The position numbers were made by a program, and so were the translations under genes. The notes under the pieces were generated by a model. That model was not told the origin of the DNA and ran no database searches. It saw only the letters and a list, made by a program, of their open reading frames with translations. Of a DNA stretch of 64,000 nt, positions 59,543 to 64,000 are shown piece after piece. The stretch's first letter is position 1. Every line of letters starts with the position of its first letter. Location of the stretch: positions 307,564 through 371,563 of the forward strand of contig CAVXTN010000012.1 in the NCBI GenBank assembly GCA_963764745.1, read 5' to 3'. Source of the stretch: Candidatus Aminicenantes bacterium. GTDB lineage: Bacteria > Acidobacteriota > Aminicenantia > UBA2199.

Positions 59543-61100
59543 GTGGGCGATAAAAGCGGGCGCATGCAATGGGGCTCGCGCATCGGCCTGATCCTGGCCA
59601 TGGCCGGCAACGCCATCGGCCTGGGCAACTTCCTGCGCTTCCCGGTCAAGGCCGCGGCCAACGGCGGCGGCGCCTTCATGATCCCCTACTTCTGCGCCCT
59701 GCTCTTCCTGGGCGTCCCGTTGATGTGGGTGGAGTGGTCCATGGGCCGCCACGGCGGCGTCCACGGCCACGGCACCACGCCCGGCATGTTCTCCCTGATG
59801 TGGAAGCACCCGGCCGCCAAGTACCTCGGCGCCCTGGGCATCTCGCTGCCCTTCATCATCGTGGTCTACTACAACTTCATCGAGTCCTGGACCCTGGGCT
59901 TCGCCTGGTTCTCCGGCACCGGCAAGTACTTCGGCCTGACCACGCGCGACGCCATGGGCCACTTCCTGCGCGGCTTCCAGGGCGTGGAGCACAACCAGTT
60001 CTTCTCCTCCTGGCTGCCGGTCATCATCTTCATCGGCATCACCATCTTCCTGAATTATTATTTCCTGCGCAAGGGCATTTCCAAGGGCATCGAGGTGCTG
60101 GCCAAGATCGGCATGCCGGTTCTCTTCATCTTCGGCATCATCCTGGCCGTGCGCGTGCTGACCCTGGGCCACCCGGCTTCGGGCGTCGCCTCGGTGGGCG
60201 CGGGCATGGGCTTCATGTGGAACCCCGATTTCAGCCAGCTCAGCCGGGCCACGGTCTGGCTGGTGGCCGCCGGCCAGATATTCTTCACCCTGAGCCTGGG
60301 CCAGGGCATCATCAACACCTACGCCTCCTACCTGCGCGAAAAGGACGACGTCACCCTCAACGGCCTGACCACCTCCATGACCAACGAGTTCGCCGAGGTC
60401 ATCCTGGGCGGCACCATCGCCATCCCGGTCGCCGTCGCCTTCTTCGGCGTGGTCGAGACCAAGCTCATCGCCCAGCGAAGGAGCCTTCAACCTGGGCTTC
60501 CAGTCGCTGCCGGTCATCTTCCAGAAGATCCCCCTGGGCCAGATTCTCGGCGCCATGTGGTTCTTCCTGCTGTTCATCGCCGGCATCACCTCCTCGGTGG
60601 CCATGACCTCGCCGGCCGTCGCCTTCCTGGAGGACGAGTTCAAGTGGAAGCGCCACAAGGCCGTGAACATGGTGTTCGCCGTCATGGTGGCCTGCACGAT
60701 CGCGGTGGTCGCCTTCTTCAAGTTCGGCTTCCTGGACGAGCTCGATTTCTGGGCCGGCACCTTCGGCCTGGTCGTCTTCGCCACCATCGAGATCATCATC
60801 TTCTCCTGGATCTTCGGCGTCAAGAAGGGCTGGGACGACATGCACCAGGGCGCCGACCTGAAAGTGCCGAAAATCTTCAAATTCATCTTGAAATACGTCA
60901 CCCCGGTCTACATGCTGGTGGTGCTGGGCGCCTGGACCTACCAGGAGGCCATCGCCAAGTTCCTGATGAAGGGCGAGGAAGCAAGCCGCCACCCCTACCT
61001 GTGGGGAGCCCGCGCCATGTTCGTCGGCCTGATCCTGCTCACCGTGCTCATGGTCTGGCTGGCCTGGCGCAAAAAGAAAAAGCAGGGGCGAAGCGAATAA
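59543..61100 (+). CDS. Sodium-dependent amino acid transporter, NSS/SLC6 (LeuT-like) family (frameshift near 60480)
   Basis: WGSRIGLILAMAGNAIGLGNFLRFP..NGGGAFMIPY, GQIFFTLSLG, NEFAEVILGG, FIAGITSS, ELDFWAGT. Confidence 0.92.
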
Positions 61101-61182
61101 AAAAAACCAGCGGGAAAAATCATGCGGTTGCCGGCGATTTTTTTAAAGCGCAAGACTCCTACGTCAGGCAAAAAGTGAGAAG

Positions 61183-62685
61183 TTACTCCGCTCCCAAGTA
61201 GGCGTCCTTGAAGATCAAAAAACCGAAAGGGTTCATGCGCAGGCCGCGCAAGCGCGTGTTATAGGCCAGCAGATGGTTCAGGTGGAACAGGGGGATCAGG
61301 GGCATGTCCTCCTGCAGCCGGCGCTGGGCCGCGGCGTATAATTCCCCGCGCTTGCCGTCGTCGCCCGTTTCCTCGGCCCGGGCCAGCAGGCTGACGAACT
61401 CGGGGCTGGCCGCCATGGTGCTTTTTTTGTCACCGGGATAGAGCATGAACAGGGGATTCAGAAAAATGCCGGGATCGCCGGAATAGCCCCAGGCCAGCAG
61501 GAACAGGTCGGGTTCACCGTTCTGCACGGCAGGCAAAAGCCTGGCAAAAGGCAGCGCCACGACTTTAATGGTGATACCGATCTGGCGGGCGTTGCTGGCG
61601 AGGGTCCGGGCCAGGTCCGCGAGCCCGAATTGCCCTTGCGGGATGTACAGGCTGCAGGAAAATCCGCCGGCCAGCCCGGCGTCCATCAGCAAGTGCTGCG
61701 CTTTTTTGAGATCGAAATCATCCTTGCCGATGCCGGGATTGTGGCCGGCCATCTGCGGCGGAAGGAACCCCGCGGCCGGCCTGGCGAAATTCTGGAAGAT
61801 CTGCTTGACCAGGACCCTCTTGTTCAACAGATGAACGAAAGCCTTCCGCGCCGCCAGCCGGGAAAACGGCGGCCGCCGGCAGTTGAAGCCCAGGTAGTTG
61901 GTGCTGAGCATGGGTTCGGACAAAATCGCGATGTGGGTCTTGTCCCGCAGTTCATCGACTTCCTTGGCCGACCGCAGCAGGTCGATGTCGGCACCGCGGT
62001 TCTTGATCTGGGAGAGGCGCAGCGATGGGTTGGGTTCGCTTTTGAAGATGATCTTTTCCAGCCTGGCCGGCTGCTGCCAATAGTTCGTCGAAACGGGTGA
62101 GCGCCAGGGACCTGCCCTTGACCCACTCGGAAAAAACATAGGGGCCGGTGCCGACCGGCTTGAATTCCCGCCCGTCGCAGGAGCCCGGGGCCACCACGCT
62201 GCCGCGCAGATCGGCCAGGGAAAACAGGAACGGGAAATAGGGCCGTGAGAGCACGATCTCCACGGTCCAATCATCCAAGGCCCTGACCGCGGCGACATAG
62301 GGGAAAAACCGGCCGAAGGCGACGTATTCGCCATTTTTTCCGGCCAGGCGTTTGGCGAAGGAATAGACCACGGCCCGGAATTGAATTCGGCGCCATTGTG
62401 AAACCTCACCCCGCGGCGCAGGTAAAATATCCAGCGCTTGCCGTTTTCCCTGAAAGTCCAGCGCTCGGCCAGGCACGGCTCCACGGAAACGGCGTCCTTG
62501 CCCAGGCGCACCAATCCTTCAAAAACGTTGAAAATGACCTCCTGCGAAAAAAAATCCTCGATCTTCCCGGGATCCATGGTCAGCGAATCGGTCAAACGCA
62601 TGTAGATCACCGGACGCTCCGCCGCCAGGTTGGAAAAAAGCAACGTTAACGATAAAAAGCAAAAACAGCGCAAGCTTCGGGTCAT
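61183..62685 (-). CDS. ABC transporter substrate-binding protein family 5 (DppA/OppA-like; internal frameshifts)
   Basis: TMDP, NVFEGLV, PCLAERW, LRRGVRFHNG, PVGTGPY, YLGFN..PPF, YAAAQ..L.EDMPLIPL. Confidence 0.88.
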   Translation of the reverse strand: MTRSLRCFCFLSLTLLFSNLAAERPVIYMRLTDSLTMDPGKIEDFFSQEVIFNVFEGLVRLGKDAVSVEPCLAERWTFRENGKRWIFYLRRGVRFHNGAEFNSGPWSIPSPNAWPEKMANTSPSAGFSPMSPRSGPWMIGPWRSCSHGPISRSCFPWPICAAAWWPRAPATGGNSSRSAPAPMFFPSGSRAGPWRSPVSTNYWQQPARLEKIIFKSEPNPSLRLSQIKNRGADIDLLRSAKEVDELRDKTHIAILSEPMLSTNYLGFNCRRPPFSRLAARKAFVHLLNKRVLVKQIFQNFARPAAGFLPPQMAGHNPGIGKDDFDLKKAQHLLMDAGLAGGFSCSLYIPQGQFGLADLARTLASNARQIGITIKVVALPFARLLPAVQNGEPDLFLLAWGYSGDPGIFLNPLFMLYPGDKKSTMAASPEFVSLLARAEETGDDGKRGELYAAAQRRLQEDMPLIPLFHLNHLLAYNTRLRGLRMNPFGFLIFKDAYLGAE

Positions 62686-62733
62686 TGGCGCTATTATAAA
62701 ATCAAAACCAGAATAATTCAAAAAAAATATTTT

Positions 62734-63592
62734 TCAACTCGCCGGCGCAGCTTCGACCAGCGTGTACAACAGCCGGATCTCCGCCTCCCAGAGGGAGTCG
62801 TCGATGGTTTCCAGGACCAGAGGCATGTCGTCGAAGCGCGGATCGTTCATCAGCAGCCGGAAAGCCTCCAGCCCGATCCGGCCGCGGCCGATGCTGTCAT
62901 GCCGGTCCTTGCGGCTGCCGAGTTCCGCCTTGGCGTCATTGAGGTGCGCCGCGCGCAGGTAGGAACGGCCGACGACGCGGTCAAATTGCTTCATGGTTTT
63001 ATCATAGGCCGCGGCGTCGCGGATATCGTAGCCAGCGGCAAAAATATGGCAGGTGTCCAGGCAGACACCGCTGCGCCGGGGCGCGGCCACTTTTTCCAAA
63101 ACGCAGCGCCATGTGCTCGAAGCGATAGCCGACGTTGCCGCCCTGGCCGGAAGTCGTTTCCAGCAGCAGGCAGACATGGCGGGTCGCAGCCAGGATGCGC
63201 TTCATGCCGGCGGCGATCACTTCCAGGCATTTTTTTTCTTCCAGGCCGCCCAGATGGCTGCCGGGGTGGAAATTCAGGAAAGCGAGCCCGAGCTGCTCGG
63301 CCCGCTGGGCCTCCTCCAGCAGGGCCAGGACTGATTTCTCCCGCTTTTCCGGGTCCGGATGGCCGAGGTTGATCAGGTAGCTGTCGTGAGGCAGGACATG
63401 GCGGGGAGCGATGCCCACGGCGGCAAGGTTCTTTTTAAAGGCCGAGATGTTCTCGGCGCCCAGCGGCTTGGCCTGCCATTGCTTTTGATTCTTGGTGAAC
63501 AGGGCGAAAGCTTTGGCCCCGATCTTTGCGGCGTTGAGCGGAGCGTTTTCCACGCCGCCGGCGGCGCTGACATGGGCACCGACAAATTTCAT
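62734..63592 (-). CDS. nfo: Endonuclease IV (frameshift near 63110)
   Basis: [55 protein letters not shown]. Confidence 0.95.
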
Positions 63593-63635
63593 GGCTTCTC
63601 CTGCGGACGGCGCCGGCAAAATATCCCGGCAGGAA

Positions 63636-64000
63636 TTACTTGCCTGCCTTGCGCACGGCCCAGACATAATATATCTGTTCGTACCCGGCAACGGCAAATT
63701 GGCCCTCGGGCAGTCTCAGCACCCAGACCGAGCGCGGCTGGTCGCTGACGGTATCGCCGGTCCAGACGGCAAAACCGGCCAGTCCGGAATATTGCGCCCG
63801 GTCCATGCGCAGCAAAGACAGGGCCTCCTCGGCCGTGGGCAGCCGCCAGCCGCCATAGCCGGCCGTGACGCGGTTGGCCCACCACTTGGCTTTGCTGTAA
63901 TCCATGGGCTTGTTCCACATGCTCCACATCAGTCCGGCGGCGTAATCGAGCATCACCTTGGCCCCGCCATGCTCATGGACTTCCAACTGGCTGGGCGTTT
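63636..64000 (-). CDS. DUF1566 (Lcl C-terminal) domain protein, 3' part; start outside window
   Basis: D..AGLMW, A.WWA...[25 protein letters not shown]. Confidence 0.75.
   Translation of the reverse strand, partial: TPSQLEVHEHGGAKVMLDYAAGLMWSMWNKPMDYSKAKWWANRVTAGYGGWRLPTAEEALSLLRMDRAQYSGLAGFAVWTGDTVSDQPRSVWVLRLPEGQFAVAGYEQIYYVWAVRKAGK

Overview
GC-rich bacterial genomic window from a diderm, probably anaerobic, peptide-scavenging organism. Candidatus Aminicenantes/Acidobacteriota is my inference from gene content, not a verified assignment. Many genes, including essential ones (lptD, atpD, atpG, atpH, atpC), are broken by single-base frameshifts, which most likely reflects an unpolished long-read assembly; the gene calls below join the fragments. 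Contents in order: an LPS/sugar-nucleotide cluster (GT9, Rmd-like, rfbB, lptD), PEGA lipoprotein, ABC-2 exporter, membrane beta-propeller/AraC sensor with TonB, hppA, TIGR04013-like radical SAM, atpF'FHAGDC, DedA, several exported peptidases (PepF, Dcp, serine hydrolase, C69, M16), YprB-like nuclease, aat, GS type III, intact AbiEi with truncated AbiEii, flippase, two lipoproteins, hybrid kinase, an orphan 72-aa ORF, GH5, DUF4097, GT-C, a Tat-signal collagen-like protein with a truncated glycosidase-like partner, cyclase, an OmpA/Zn-finger/barrel cluster, clpSA, two APC permeases, an NSS transporter, DppA, nfo and a DUF1566 fragment. I found no rRNA, tRNA, CRISPR array, integrase or transposase. 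Best candidates for new biology: the Tat-collagen/glycosylation locus, the small ORF with a structured leader, repeated leaderless promoter geometry (including the atp operon), heptamer-repeat inverted elements, and an apparent small-subunit/NSS fusion.
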